Source: a virus (Duplodnaviria; Caudoviricetes). Taken from it: a stretch of DNA of 64,000 nt. The position numbers were made by a program, and so were the translations under genes. The notes beneath the pieces were generated by a model, which saw only the letters and a program-made list of their open reading frames with translations, did no database searches and was not told where the DNA came from. Location of the stretch: positions 10,912-74,911 of IMG/VR virus record IMGVR_UViG_3300027808_002535. The stretch is one strand, 5' to 3'. Below are positions 48,825-59,544 of this stretch, piece by piece. Numbering within the stretch: position 1 is the first letter of the stretch; the number at the start of each line of letters is the position of its first letter.

Positions 48825-49155
48825 TGCTGATCCTTAATTTCTTAATATTATTTAATTCTGCTTTACTCAGCTGTATGTCGGCGGCGCAGGTACAATTTTC
48901 TTTGGTACAAATAATGGGCTCAGTGGGCACCGAGAAGCCGGTGTGTATATCTCCTAGCTTGCCGCCCACCTTACATATGGCTCTCCAAACATTGCCGTCA
49001 TTGTCTATGGTCAAATTTTGAACGCCGGCCCAGCACATCCAACCTTTGAAATTGTTTGTTTCGTTGGCCAGTAAATCATTGACGTTGCTTTCTTCGCTGG
49101 TGCCGTCTTCATAATGAACTACTATGTTTGCCCAATTAGTTACTTTACTTGTCAT
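48817..49155 (-). CDS. Stand-alone Cys/SPASM-like domain (split partner of 49152-49853)
   Basis: NNFKGWMCWAG...ICKVGG...ICTKENCTCAAD matches the C-termini of the 40714 and 42103 proteins. Confidence 0.8.
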   Translation of the reverse strand: MTSKVTNWANIVVHYEDGTSEESNVNDLLANETNNFKGWMCWAGVQNLTIDNDGNVWRAICKVGGKLGDIHTGFSVPTEPIICTKENCTCAADIQLSKAELNNIKKLRISNE

Positions 49156-49853
49156 TTTTTCTTATTCAACATAAAATCAAGTTCTTCTTGAGTATAGTAG
49201 TCGTCTTTACATTTACCATGCGATGTTTTTAATCCACTTAATCCCGGAACTGCCCAGGTTTTGGTCTCAGGATCCAGCCTTGGTCTAATTCTTCTAATTA
49301 CCCAATGCACATCATTTTCATTCATAATGTCGATTATCTCATTTGCTTCCGCCATTTTACCTGGAAGATACATCAAGTGGGTGTGCAGGTTTTGATTGTC
49401 ACGCTCTTTAACAAGTTTATTTAACTCTACGATAGTGTTAATTATCTTGTCGTGATATGCAAATTCAAAATGATAACTAAAAATATAATAAGTAATATAC
49501 GGTAAACTATCAATATATTTTTGAAGTGGAACACTGCCGTTAGTAGTGACACTAATTTTATTAATACCATTGTTCTTTATTATTTTAAGAATGTCGATAA
49601 TTTTTGGATGCACAAATGGTTCGCCACCAGTTAAACTGATACGGCATTCTTTGCCCTGTATTCGAGCAACATCTGCTATCTGCTTGACTGTTTTTTCAAT
49701 GACATCTAAACTTAGATGCTGACTTTCTCTGTCATGTATGTCGCTACCACAGTAGCTACAATCATAGTTACAACGTTTACCTAGATTCCATTCAATGCGT
49801 AGCCATTTATCTTTAGGCGCATGATTGTCTTCTACCGCAACCAGTTTATTCAT
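49152..49853 (-). CDS. Radical SAM protein (core only)
   Basis: CNYDCSYC, TGGEP, TTNG. Confidence 0.88.
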   Translation of the reverse strand: MNKLVAVEDNHAPKDKWLRIEWNLGKRCNYDCSYCGSDIHDRESQHLSLDVIEKTVKQIADVARIQGKECRISLTGGEPFVHPKIIDILKIIKNNGINKISVTTNGSVPLQKYIDSLPYITYYIFSYHFEFAYHDKIINTIVELNKLVKERDNQNLHTHLMYLPGKMAEANEIIDIMNENDVHWVIRRIRPRLDPETKTWAVPGLSGLKTSHGKCKDDYYTQEELDFMLNKKK

Positions 49854-52398
49854 TCCAATAATCCGTTAATTCGGGTATAACATTCAATACGTTTTCCTTT
49901 CGAATTTTATCCAACTCTACAGTGAATTGTTTGAATGTATTCCACTGTGTTTCGTGAATTCTATTAGATTCCAAACTACGAACTAATACCTCAAAGTCGG
50001 GTATTCCATACAATTGATCTGCCATCTTTTTTCTTAGTTCAGTAGGTAGTACCAATGGACTCAGATACATCGGACTATTACATATAGTTTCGAATGCATT
50101 TGATGCACTAACTTTTTCAAATTTTTCTTCCCAACTTTTTAATTTTTTATGCAACAATTTTAGATTTAATAAATTATAGGCTTGCATAGTAACATTAAAT
50201 CCAATCTCAACGTTGGGTAATTTATTATACATGCTTATTACATTTTCTAGTTCGTCAATAGTAAACTTACCGCCACGTATATAACTATACAGTTCACCCG
50301 TTCCTTCCACACTGAACATTAAACGTACATTTTTAAATTTTTCAAGCATAGATAAAATCTTCGGATTAACGATCGTGCCATTAGTTGTGTACTGTAAAGT
50401 GATAAATTCATTTTTCCCATATTTGATGAGTTCTTCCAAGTAGGGCACATGATTTTTTGCCATCATAGGTTCCCCTCCCTTAAAGTCTATACGCTGTATA
50501 TGTTTCATATGTCTTATAGGTTCTAATAGACTACTTAATTCTTGTTGAACTATTACTTGTTTTTCTGGATTATTTTCCTTTTCAAATTTAGGATTAATTT
50601 TTGCCAACATCAAGTCTTCCTCAAACCATTGATTACTGGCCCATGAGCCACACATGCGACATTTTAAATTACATACGTTACTAAGATTGACATCCATCTG
50701 AGTCCAAAATAATTTCTCTTTGGTCAAAGGACGGTTATAATCATAGTCACTGGGTATTCCATTTGTAAACTTTTTGTTAAACCATTGTCTTCTACTGTTT
50801 CCTATTAAATCCTCACGTTCCCAACAACTGCTACATTCTTCTGGTCTTTCTCCTTTGAGGAACTGATTTCTTATTTTTATAATTTTTTCATTATTAATAA
50901 AACTATCTACAATATTATCCTTACTGGCTGTTCCCAGAGACCCTTTAAACTGACAGCAAGGTTTAATATTATCATTGGCACTTATTGCAAGGCCGTGCCA
51001 TGGCATTTTACAGAAGCTTTCATACTTTTCGCGTCGATATTCATTAAAATAAATTTCATAGTTACTGTAAATTTCTGGATCTAATTGTTCGAGACTTTCA
51101 CCGCGTATTTCATCTAGCTCGTATGTATATTTGACAAATTCTTTAGGACCTTGCTTTGCAAGTCCCTTAACTTCAATTGGATTGTCTATTAAATCTTCCA
51201 GTAATTTTTTTATGTCATTGATATATCTTGCTTCTGTTATAGCACTTTTGCCATTTTGGTCGCCGCGAAAAAAATCATATTTGTCAATAAGATAATTTAT
51301 TTGATCAAGACTCTTTTGCAGTATTTTTCCATTTAACCATTGTACGTGCAAAGTTTTGGGCCCTACTAATATTCTGTGCTCCAGGCTATGACGATGTTTG
51401 CTACTTGTTACCGGCGTTTCTTTATCCCAGCCATAAAATTTAATTATCCATTCGATAAATTCTGCAACGTTTAATGCATTAATGGCTTGGAAGGTCCCGT
51501 TAATGTTCATTTTATAAACGCCTGGCCTCGGTTTGTCACACCAATTTCTAATTAATTCTGCCTTCTCTATAATGCCATCCCAATCTATGGCACCTGCACT
51601 TCTAATATAGCTGAAATATCCTCTAGTACCATCTAAACTAAGATTGATGTTGACATATTTAAAACCTTCTAATGCTTCTAGATGCTTTTCTGTGATAACG
51701 CTACCATTAGTAGTAATCATTAATTCAATTTGTTTGTCCAAACCAGCATCACGCAACATGCCCAGGAATTCCATGAATTGCGGCACCAGGAATGGTTCAC
51801 CACCTAATATCTCCACCCGACGTAAATCCTTGCCATTATCCACTAATTCTCGCAACTGCTCTGTAGACAATGTATGTTTTGTTCTATCAAACATAGAACT
51901 TGTTCTAGCATAAGGACTGCCTGCGCCGCCTGATGCAAAGCCACGTTTTTTAAGTTTTTCCTCGTCACCTATCCATGCGTTGCTATATGCACTGCTACAC
52001 ATTCTACATTTAAAATTACACAAGTTATTAAAAGCAATATCCAAGTGTACAAGTTTATTGCCCGTTAGATTATTATCCCAATCAATATCTTCCCACCGAT
52101 CGTCAATTACATCAAGATTCTGCCAGTGAGTACGTTTGCTGGTTACATTTTTATCTTCCTTGCTTTGACAATTTTGGCAACCCAGTGTCCATTCTCCGTT
52201 GCGTTGGGCTTTTCTTAGATCTTGAAATGATTCGTTGTCCCATTGTTTAATAATAGAACCACTGTTAACATCACCCATTTCTGTTTCGCTCATATGGCAG
52301 CGAACCATTTTTCCAGTAGCATGTATTGCAATACTACTAACAGGTAGCATACATATTGTAGGACTCAGTAGTTTATTTTTATCGCCTTGTTCACTCAT
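49846..52398 (-). CDS. Tandem double radical SAM protein (two twitch-rSAM units)
   Basis: CNFKCRMC and CNLKCRMC, two GGEP motifs, two N-terminal-type Cys domains in 850 aa. Confidence 0.9.
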   Translation of the reverse strand: MSEQGDKNKLLSPTICMLPVSSIAIHATGKMVRCHMSETEMGDVNSGSIIKQWDNESFQDLRKAQRNGEWTLGCQNCQSKEDKNVTSKRTHWQNLDVIDDRWEDIDWDNNLTGNKLVHLDIAFNNLCNFKCRMCSSAYSNAWIGDEEKLKKRGFASGGAGSPYARTSSMFDRTKHTLSTEQLRELVDNGKDLRRVEILGGEPFLVPQFMEFLGMLRDAGLDKQIELMITTNGSVITEKHLEALEGFKYVNINLSLDGTRGYFSYIRSAGAIDWDGIIEKAELIRNWCDKPRPGVYKMNINGTFQAINALNVAEFIEWIIKFYGWDKETPVTSSKHRHSLEHRILVGPKTLHVQWLNGKILQKSLDQINYLIDKYDFFRGDQNGKSAITEARYINDIKKLLEDLIDNPIEVKGLAKQGPKEFVKYTYELDEIRGESLEQLDPEIYSNYEIYFNEYRREKYESFCKMPWHGLAISANDNIKPCCQFKGSLGTASKDNIVDSFINNEKIIKIRNQFLKGERPEECSSCWEREDLIGNSRRQWFNKKFTNGIPSDYDYNRPLTKEKLFWTQMDVNLSNVCNLKCRMCGSWASNQWFEEDLMLAKINPKFEKENNPEKQVIVQQELSSLLEPIRHMKHIQRIDFKGGEPMMAKNHVPYLEELIKYGKNEFITLQYTTNGTIVNPKILSMLEKFKNVRLMFSVEGTGELYSYIRGGKFTIDELENVISMYNKLPNVEIGFNVTMQAYNLLNLKLLHKKLKSWEEKFEKVSASNAFETICNSPMYLSPLVLPTELRKKMADQLYGIPDFEVLVRSLESNRIHETQWNTFKQFTVELDKIRKENVLNVIPELTDYWNE

Positions 52399-53665
52399 AA
52401 TTTAATAGCCTCGCCATTTCTGGGAATGTTTTAATAAAATCTTCATTTCTGGATTTATCTATAAAGAATATTTCTTTTTTTCTTCTAGAATCTATATCGT
52501 TTGACCATGCATCTATACTGTTCATATAATCTAGTATTTCATCTATAGTATTGTGATACTTTTCGTCAACGGTTGCTTTGGTATTTTCTAAATATGTTGT
52601 TAGTTCTGTCTTTATTTTTGCATTCAACGTTCTTACATTATTTGGACTATCCATTGTTGTTACATAATGCGGAGTAAAAGATTTTATAAAAGGCATACGT
52701 TCTAACTCTTGTAAAAAATTACCCAATGTTGCTATATTAAAAATATTAACCGTTGTATCAATAGTAGAATAGTAGTTGGATTTGCTGAAAAAATACTCCA
52801 GGTTATTTTTTACTTCTTGCCATACTGCACCACTGCGCTGATAATCAAATTTATCGCCAACGTCATCTATGCTTAAACTCCAATGCACTGCTTTGAATTT
52901 ATCAAGTATTTTTTCTTGTTCGGCAGTTGGGATAACAGTTCCGTTTGTATTATACCACAGCCATATCTTACTTGCATCATAACGATTTATGATTGCTTTC
53001 AACATTTCGTAATGTTCTTCGATCATCAAGGGTTCACCACCCATGATATGTATTACTCTGACGTTTTCGAACATATCGATGTTCTGCCAAAAATCGATGT
53101 TATCAATCCACTTGGCCTGTTGATTATATTCAAATTCATGACTAGACTTGAAGTCGGAATATGTTGGATCATTTAATTTTTTTAAATCAAATGTTTCTTT
53201 AAGCCATTTTGCACTATTCCAAAGTCCGCATATTCTGCATGCCAAATTGCATCTATTGCCAGCTTTTATTTCCAACCAGATAAGTTGTTGTTCTGGAGTC
53301 TTTCCATACATTATTTCTTCTACAAAATCTGCCACTTTAGCACTACTGGTATACATATATCTGCCACTGAATCTATCTTTGGAATTTACACCCCAGCAAG
53401 GTTTACATGCAGGATGTTGCTCATTTTTAAGAAAAGATTCTCTAAACTTGATATGTGCGGGATGTTTTATAATATCTGCAATTGAACCATCTTCGACATT
53501 TAAAGGCCTGCCATCTTCTTTTATTAATGCATTACCTAAACAGCATGGGCGTATGTCCCCGTTTGATTCCACAGCTACATGGCCGAATGGCATGACACAA
53601 AAGTTATTTGTGTCCAGCCATTTATTTATTTTGTCTTTTTTTTCAAAAGATATATAGTTAGACAT
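52391..53665 (-). CDS. Radical SAM protein with N-terminal twitch/SPASM-like domain
   Basis: CVMPF...PCC...CKPC, then CNLACRIC and MGGEP. Confidence 0.9.
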   Translation of the reverse strand: MSNYISFEKKDKINKWLDTNNFCVMPFGHVAVESNGDIRPCCLGNALIKEDGRPLNVEDGSIADIIKHPAHIKFRESFLKNEQHPACKPCWGVNSKDRFSGRYMYTSSAKVADFVEEIMYGKTPEQQLIWLEIKAGNRCNLACRICGLWNSAKWLKETFDLKKLNDPTYSDFKSSHEFEYNQQAKWIDNIDFWQNIDMFENVRVIHIMGGEPLMIEEHYEMLKAIINRYDASKIWLWYNTNGTVIPTAEQEKILDKFKAVHWSLSIDDVGDKFDYQRSGAVWQEVKNNLEYFFSKSNYYSTIDTTVNIFNIATLGNFLQELERMPFIKSFTPHYVTTMDSPNNVRTLNAKIKTELTTYLENTKATVDEKYHNTIDEILDYMNSIDAWSNDIDSRRKKEIFFIDKSRNEDFIKTFPEMARLLNYE

Positions 53666-55133
53666 TGTTAAATATATCCTTCATTTCAGAAAAAGTTTCG
53701 TAAAAACTAGTGCCACGGTGCTCGTCTATTTTTTCCAAATACTCTTTCATTTCCGGTAAACGTACACTCCAGTCTTCACTTTTCATGAATCTAATTAGGC
53801 CGCGCAGACGCTTGACGCCGTAGTCATTTGCAAGGAACACGTCTTTATTCAATGTTTCGTCTTGCTTGACTCCGTTCATATAGTTGTCGGTCCACCAAGG
53901 TATTAATTCTTCCTCTATTTTACGTTCAACTTCGTTTTTGAATTCTTCAGGAAGAACTTTGACATTTAAGAATGCGGGCCAGTATACAAAGTGGAAATTA
54001 ATACCACCTGCACCCAAAGGCCACATGTTGATCTTCTTAAAGTTTTGTGTCATTTTCCACTTAATAAATTCAGGCAAGTAATGAATGTTCAATGCGTTAA
54101 CGGCACAAGCCACTGTGACTTCTACGTTGTCAGTTGTCTGCGTATCTAATATATGAAATACTTCTTCTGTGCGCTTCCATTCACTGGGGTAACGAATATA
54201 CTCGTTGTGTGCGCCAAAAGAATCGACACTGTAATGAAAACGTACAAGTTTAAAGTGACTCCATAGTTCAAATAAGTCTTCTCTCCACTCTACACCATTG
54301 CTATTATAACGTATTTCCATGTCTTTTGCAACCCCTTGTCGAATACATTCTTCAAGGATATCATAGTGTTCTTCGATGATCAATGCTTCGCCTCCGGCAA
54401 AGTATAGTTGTTTCATGTGGGGAATTTGTTGATAGAACTGTTGCCAGAACACTGGATTGTTCTTATGCCAATTGTAGCTACTGCCATTGGTACTGCCTTT
54501 GTTTTCCCAGTTCCAAATTTCTTTTACTTTATCATTTTCAATCTTAGGGTAAACTGCTTGCCAGTCTTTGATCCAACCACTACTATCGTGCGGACTACAC
54601 ATGATACAGGCTAGCTGGCATTTTGTTCCGAAGCGTAGGTCAATATAACGTAGTTTAGGCGGAACACTGCCATCTTCATTGGTTTCTTGTACTAGTTCAT
54701 CAATGCTTACTCGCTTGCTCCAATACTCTGTTTCCCACTGACGCTTGCTTCTGTGACCCGCTGCCTCTTCTTTATAACACTTCAAACAGCTGGAAGGCTT
54801 TTCGCCCGCCATCATTTGTGAGCGTACATTTTTCATATATGTACTATTCCAGCTGGATTCAAAGTCCGCAACATTTAAGTTGTTGGGACGGCCTTCTTCG
54901 TCTTTTAAAATTCCAATATTGCCGCCATGTAGTTTTTCATTGGTAGCGCCTACTGAACTGGCATTGGCAGTACAACATACTCGCATTTGACCATCGGGGC
55001 GAGTACTTAAATGTATCCAAGGTAAAATACACCATGTCTTACTGACATTGAGATGATTTTTTGCTTGAGGAGTTTGGTCTTTGTTAACCATCATGTCTTC
55101 GCCGGATTCGTTGGGCATAACGTTGTCGTTCAT
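53658..55133 (-). CDS. Radical SAM protein with N-terminal twitch/SPASM-like domain
   Basis: CILPW...VCC...CLKC, then CQLACIMC and AGGEA. Confidence 0.9.
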   Translation of the reverse strand: MNDNVMPNESGEDMMVNKDQTPQAKNHLNVSKTWCILPWIHLSTRPDGQMRVCCTANASSVGATNEKLHGGNIGILKDEEGRPNNLNVADFESSWNSTYMKNVRSQMMAGEKPSSCLKCYKEEAAGHRSKRQWETEYWSKRVSIDELVQETNEDGSVPPKLRYIDLRFGTKCQLACIMCSPHDSSGWIKDWQAVYPKIENDKVKEIWNWENKGSTNGSSYNWHKNNPVFWQQFYQQIPHMKQLYFAGGEALIIEEHYDILEECIRQGVAKDMEIRYNSNGVEWREDLFELWSHFKLVRFHYSVDSFGAHNEYIRYPSEWKRTEEVFHILDTQTTDNVEVTVACAVNALNIHYLPEFIKWKMTQNFKKINMWPLGAGGINFHFVYWPAFLNVKVLPEEFKNEVERKIEEELIPWWTDNYMNGVKQDETLNKDVFLANDYGVKRLRGLIRFMKSEDWSVRLPEMKEYLEKIDEHRGTSFYETFSEMKDIFNNV

Positions 55134-56392
55134 TTTTTTAATTTCTCATATAATTGTGGAAAAGTTGTCTTCCAGTCTGTGTTTCTAATAGCATCTAATT
55201 TTGTTACTATATCTAAACATTTATCAACTAGGCCTGAGTTGCCTTCTATATTTGTTTCTAAATAATTTACAAGATGTGCTATTTGTTTTTTCTTTTTGTC
55301 AGTTGTTGCCCACGCATTATATTTAATTAAAATATCCTGTTTTACTTCTAGTGGAAGTATTGCAACATCGAAATAATCCGGACTGCTTAAGATTCTAACA
55401 CTGGAGTTGTGTTTTTCAAATTGATCAAAATAATCTAATAAATTGGGTGTTGTGTATACACTTAAAACTTGCCACGTTACTGTGAAATCCATTTTGATGT
55501 TAGACATTTCTTTACTTAATGTGTTTACATTCTTACTTATTTGCTGCCATGTGGCGGGGAAACGAATATATTCAAACTGATCACCAAAATCATCTATACT
55601 AATACGTAGCCACACCTTTTTAAAATGTTTCCACAAATTCAAGGCACGTTTGTGTATAGCAGTTAAATTTGTATCATATTCCAAAGTAACTTCGCCGGCT
55701 CTGCCACTGTCAATAACTTTTTGCAAGAAATCATAATGGGGTTCGATCAGCATGGGTTCGCCGCCCACAAGATATACTTGCTTCAAATACGGAATCTTTG
55801 CTTCTAATTTGGTCCAAAACTCTGGGTTATCCCACCAATCATATTCACCGGCATCCCTATATCTACCATCAACATCTTTTAAATTGATCTTTGTTCCACT
55901 GTCAGTGAACTTGGTTGTACCATTAAGTAAAACATAATCTTCATACCACTGACTGCTACTGGCAGGATGACACATGACACATTTTAAATTGCACAAGTTA
56001 CCAAAACGTAAATCCCAGTAACTAGGTTGCCAATCTGTGTTACCGTGTTCATCTGTATGCTGTCTAGCAATGTCTACATCAAACTCGCCATCATACATCT
56101 TATTACTCACAGTTCTACGACTGCTTGCACCCATGTCTTCTTTGACCCAGCAGGTATTACAGTCGCTGTGACGCTGATCAGCAAGCATGGCCAATCTTAT
56201 TTCTCTAGCTTTGTCGCCATTTTTAATAACGTCAAAGTCATCGCGGCCGAGATTGTAGGGCTTACCATTATCATCTCTTATTGTGCCTTGTTGACTGTCT
56301 TTACTATTGGTCATCAAGCAACAAACCCTGGCAGTGCCAATGGGCTTTGCTGCCATTTGCACCCAAGGTATAACACAAAATGTTTTATCCAT
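55130..56392 (-). CDS. Radical SAM protein with N-terminal twitch/SPASM-like domain
   Basis: CVIPW...VCC...CNTC, then CNLKCVMC and VGGEP. Confidence 0.9.
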   Translation of the reverse strand: MDKTFCVIPWVQMAAKPIGTARVCCLMTNSKDSQQGTIRDDNGKPYNLGRDDFDVIKNGDKAREIRLAMLADQRHSDCNTCWVKEDMGASSRRTVSNKMYDGEFDVDIARQHTDEHGNTDWQPSYWDLRFGNLCNLKCVMCHPASSSQWYEDYVLLNGTTKFTDSGTKINLKDVDGRYRDAGEYDWWDNPEFWTKLEAKIPYLKQVYLVGGEPMLIEPHYDFLQKVIDSGRAGEVTLEYDTNLTAIHKRALNLWKHFKKVWLRISIDDFGDQFEYIRFPATWQQISKNVNTLSKEMSNIKMDFTVTWQVLSVYTTPNLLDYFDQFEKHNSSVRILSSPDYFDVAILPLEVKQDILIKYNAWATTDKKKKQIAHLVNYLETNIEGNSGLVDKCLDIVTKLDAIRNTDWKTTFPQLYEKLKK

Positions 56393-57347
56393 TGAAATAT
56401 TTCTTTGCTAAATGTTTTGCAAACTTCTCATGTACTTCTTTGTTAAAGTGAAATCCAGAAGTAAATGATTTATGATCTTTATCCATCATTCTTGCCATGG
56501 AGTCTATGCCCTTGGGAAACAATGATAATATCGTTCTGCCTAAATATGTTTCAGGATTTGGATTATCAATATCCATAGTCTGTTGGACATCGTTACATCC
56601 TTCATTGACTGTAGTATATTCTATTTCAAAAAATAAAGAATCAACCATTATTACTTCTATACCCAATGCTCCTTGTATTGCATTTTTATACATATTCACC
56701 GTTGACAAATAATTCAATAGTCTAGAACTTGCCCACATGTCAAGTTCTAATGCTTGACGATTATCTGTTGATAGGAAAAACTTTTCAGCTACAGAATAGT
56801 TATCAACTAAACTACTTCCTTGATTTAAAGACCTAACAAAAAATTCATTATCTAATTTATTATGATCCAAATAAGCAGGTCTGTATGTGTCGTAGGAATC
56901 ATACCTAAATTCTTTTATATAAGCATGTCTTGTTCTACATGTGAACTGAATTATTACTTTTTTAACATCTATTCCTTGTTTTCTTAGATTATATATGTCA
57001 TTGCATGTTCTTAAATAAATGCCATGGTTATCGCTGCCTGGTGCAGATTTATTGATAATTGTAGTGTCGGTGATGTTGCCCAGCAATGCTGCCCAATTTA
57101 ATTGTTCCATTAATCTACTAGCTTTGCCTGCAAAATTTAATTCAGTGGTGCCTGGAACTATTTCTGAATATTTTAAATTTCTCCAATTTAAATATTCCAT
57201 TACTTTATCTCCAGCCGAATTGTTGTTGAAACAATGTTTAACGTCATTGAATGATAACTCTTCTGGATATCCGTCCAAAATGTAATCGGCTATGTCTACT
57301 CCGTTGGTAAAACTACATCCGTTTACGTAAATTACTGCGCTCATCAA
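56385..57347 (-). CDS. SGNH/GDSL-like protein
   Basis: YVNGCSFTNG, NKSAPGSDN and C-terminal GFHF...HEKFA. Confidence 0.65.
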   Translation of the reverse strand: MMSAVIYVNGCSFTNGVDIADYILDGYPEELSFNDVKHCFNNNSAGDKVMEYLNWRNLKYSEIVPGTTELNFAGKASRLMEQLNWAALLGNITDTTIINKSAPGSDNHGIYLRTCNDIYNLRKQGIDVKKVIIQFTCRTRHAYIKEFRYDSYDTYRPAYLDHNKLDNEFFVRSLNQGSSLVDNYSVAEKFFLSTDNRQALELDMWASSRLLNYLSTVNMYKNAIQGALGIEVIMVDSLFFEIEYTTVNEGCNDVQQTMDIDNPNPETYLGRTILSLFPKGIDSMARMMDKDHKSFTSGFHFNKEVHEKFAKHLAKKYFNG

Positions 57348-58228
57348 AAATACCTTTCTGAGATTTTTTTAGCAAACCTGTCATGTATTTTAGCGGTAAA
57401 ATGTAGGCCCGCTGTAACAGTTGCTGGTTCATTTAAATCTATGCAATCCAACATACTTAATTTAATTTCATCATCCAATTGTTTTTTAAAATCCAGCAAA
57501 TAGTCATCTTTATTTTTAGTTAGCCAATCAGGGTGTAATAATTCAAAAGGTTTCATGCCAAAAATAGAGTTAGGATAACATGCACTGTCTACTAAAATTA
57601 ATCTAGCACTGGTAATTGATGATATTGCATGTTTAAACATATACATATTATATAACCAACGATATACTGACATTTCATAATGTTCGTTGTTGTTAAGATC
57701 GCCGATTACATCTGCATCCGATATCGGATTAATACTTTTTATATGGTAGTAATAATCATTTCCGTTATAACGCTGTGGTTCTTCCCAGTAATGTGTTTCT
57801 TTAAAAAAACTGTATCTAGCTGGTGATGTTACTTGAATTAGTATATCTGTTATATTATAACCTTGTTTTTGCAATCTATGTAAATCTGCCAAGGTCCTGT
57901 GAATTATAGCACACATGCTACTGCCGCCGTGACTACTTAGATTATGAACCGGTTTACCTAATTGTTCACTGAGTTTATTAGACCATCTATTATTAACTTC
58001 AAACTGTGCTATTTCTTTAGCTAACAGTTTATCGTCGATATGTTTATTGAAATTGCATTTTTGATCGAGCGCAGATATTTGATTGGCTCGAATGATATCA
58101 GAATCTGCGCTTGTTATTTCCTGTAAACTGTAATATTGTTTAAAAAATGGATATAAATGATCTGCTAGATCACATCCTTCTGTGAAGCTATCCCCATTAA
58201 CATAAATGATATCTTTACCTTGGGTCAT
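57344..58228 (-). CDS. SGNH/GDSL-like protein
   Basis: YVNGDSFTEG, NLSSHGGSS and GLHF...HDRFA. Confidence 0.7.
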   Translation of the reverse strand: MTQGKDIIYVNGDSFTEGCDLADHLYPFFKQYYSLQEITSADSDIIRANQISALDQKCNFNKHIDDKLLAKEIAQFEVNNRWSNKLSEQLGKPVHNLSSHGGSSMCAIIHRTLADLHRLQKQGYNITDILIQVTSPARYSFFKETHYWEEPQRYNGNDYYYHIKSINPISDADVIGDLNNNEHYEMSVYRWLYNMYMFKHAISSITSARLILVDSACYPNSIFGMKPFELLHPDWLTKNKDDYLLDFKKQLDDEIKLSMLDCIDLNEPATVTAGLHFTAKIHDRFAKKISERYF

Positions 58229-58898
58229 AGTCGTCCCACTTGACAGCGTTTTCCATTTGAAATTTATAATTTGATATTAGTCTTTCGAATGTCTCTATTG
58301 TAAAGCGCAAATTAAAGTTGCCGCCGTGTGTGTTAATTGTAAAACGCACAGCTGATATATTGCGTTTAATAACAACATACATTTTTATACCGCATTTCAA
58401 CTGCAAATTAATACCTTCCCTGGTATTAGCACCTGCAAACATTTGTTTTATCTCGTCGTGCGTTAATCGGTAAGTTAACACAAAGTTATCGTTTACACGT
58501 AAACTTAGATCATTGATATCATATTTTTTGTATGCATATAACTTTAAATCTTCATCAAATGGTTTCATAATATTATTTAAACACGCTGTTTTATGATTAA
58601 GCATCTCTATTCTTTCATTGCCTGGTTCCCTCTTGGTGCATAACAATCTGCAAATTGGCAATGGATTATCTGATTGAACCATTGTTCTTATATTTGCCCA
58701 GGCCTGTGAGTTCGTTATTTCTTCGTAGGAATAATTATTTAAATTTAGTTGGGCATACAACTCTTCGCCTAGAAATTTTTCTAATTCACCATTAGTAGTA
58801 GTATAACAACAAGGAGAGTATGTACCACTTGCTCGTACAAAGAAAATATTTTTAGTCTTATAGCATTCTGGATCTAGTTGCATTTTGTCCTTCTTCAT
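58215..58898 (-). CDS. SPASM/twitch-like domain fused to an unknown C-terminal domain
   Basis: EC...GTYSPCCY...ICRLLC; N-terminal half is paralogous to 38244-38588. Confidence 0.65.
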   Translation of the reverse strand: MKKDKMQLDPECYKTKNIFFVRASGTYSPCCYTTTNGELEKFLGEELYAQLNLNNYSYEEITNSQAWANIRTMVQSDNPLPICRLLCTKREPGNERIEMLNHKTACLNNIMKPFDEDLKLYAYKKYDINDLSLRVNDNFVLTYRLTHDEIKQMFAGANTREGINLQLKCGIKMYVVIKRNISAVRFTINTHGGNFNLRFTIETFERLISNYKFQMENAVKWDDYDPR

Positions 58899-59538
58899 GT
58901 ACGTAATTATTTAATTCCGAAATTACTTCTTCCAAACTTCTGTCGGGTTTGTATCCTGGGGGATACTCTCTTCCACTGCTAACTACTCGAAATTCGCCCA
59001 CGCCCAGCTGTCGACTTAATTTGTATCCTTCTATGCCATCATTTTCATTGTATTTAAAAATTATCCATTTCCATTGTATATCAGCCAGTGACAGAGAAGT
59101 CATAATTTTAATACCTGTTTCAATGCTGGACCATTCCGAATTCACCCTGTATAAATCTTTGCCAGGCAAGCCATCTATACTGAAGACAAACATGTCTCCC
59201 TTTTCGAACAAAGGAGCCAACGTCGTCCACCAAGCGGCATTTCTATAACTACCATTGGTGTTCACAGTTATTTGCTTGTCAGCCTTTTTTACAAGTTTGA
59301 TTATTTCAGCAAATTTTGTATGATATATAGGATCACCATATCCTCCGGAAAATATAACTGACTTAATACTTGGCACCTGCATCATTTTTTCAATGACAGC
59401 AATGTCTAGTTCGCCGTATTTCCATTTGTTTTTCTTTTCATCCGGATCTCTAGTCCGCGGACATTCTGGACAAAATAGTGTACACTTGCTGGTTATTTCC
59501 AATTCTAAGCGCAAAGGGTCAAAATTCATAAATTTCAA
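58858..59538 (-). CDS. Radical SAM protein (core only), paralogue of 38593-39264
   Basis: CTLFCPEC, YGDPIYH, FSIDG; ATG alternative start at 59529. Confidence 0.88.
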   Translation of the reverse strand: MKFMNFDPLRLELEITSKCTLFCPECPRTRDPDEKKNKWKYGELDIAVIEKMMQVPSIKSVIFSGGYGDPIYHTKFAEIIKLVKKADKQITVNTNGSYRNAAWWTTLAPLFEKGDMFVFSIDGLPGKDLYRVNSEWSSIETGIKIMTSLSLADIQWKWIIFKYNENDGIEGYKLSRQLGVGEFRVVSSGREYPPGYKPDRSLEEVISELNNYVHEEGQNATRSRML

Positions 59539-59544
59539 AAATAT

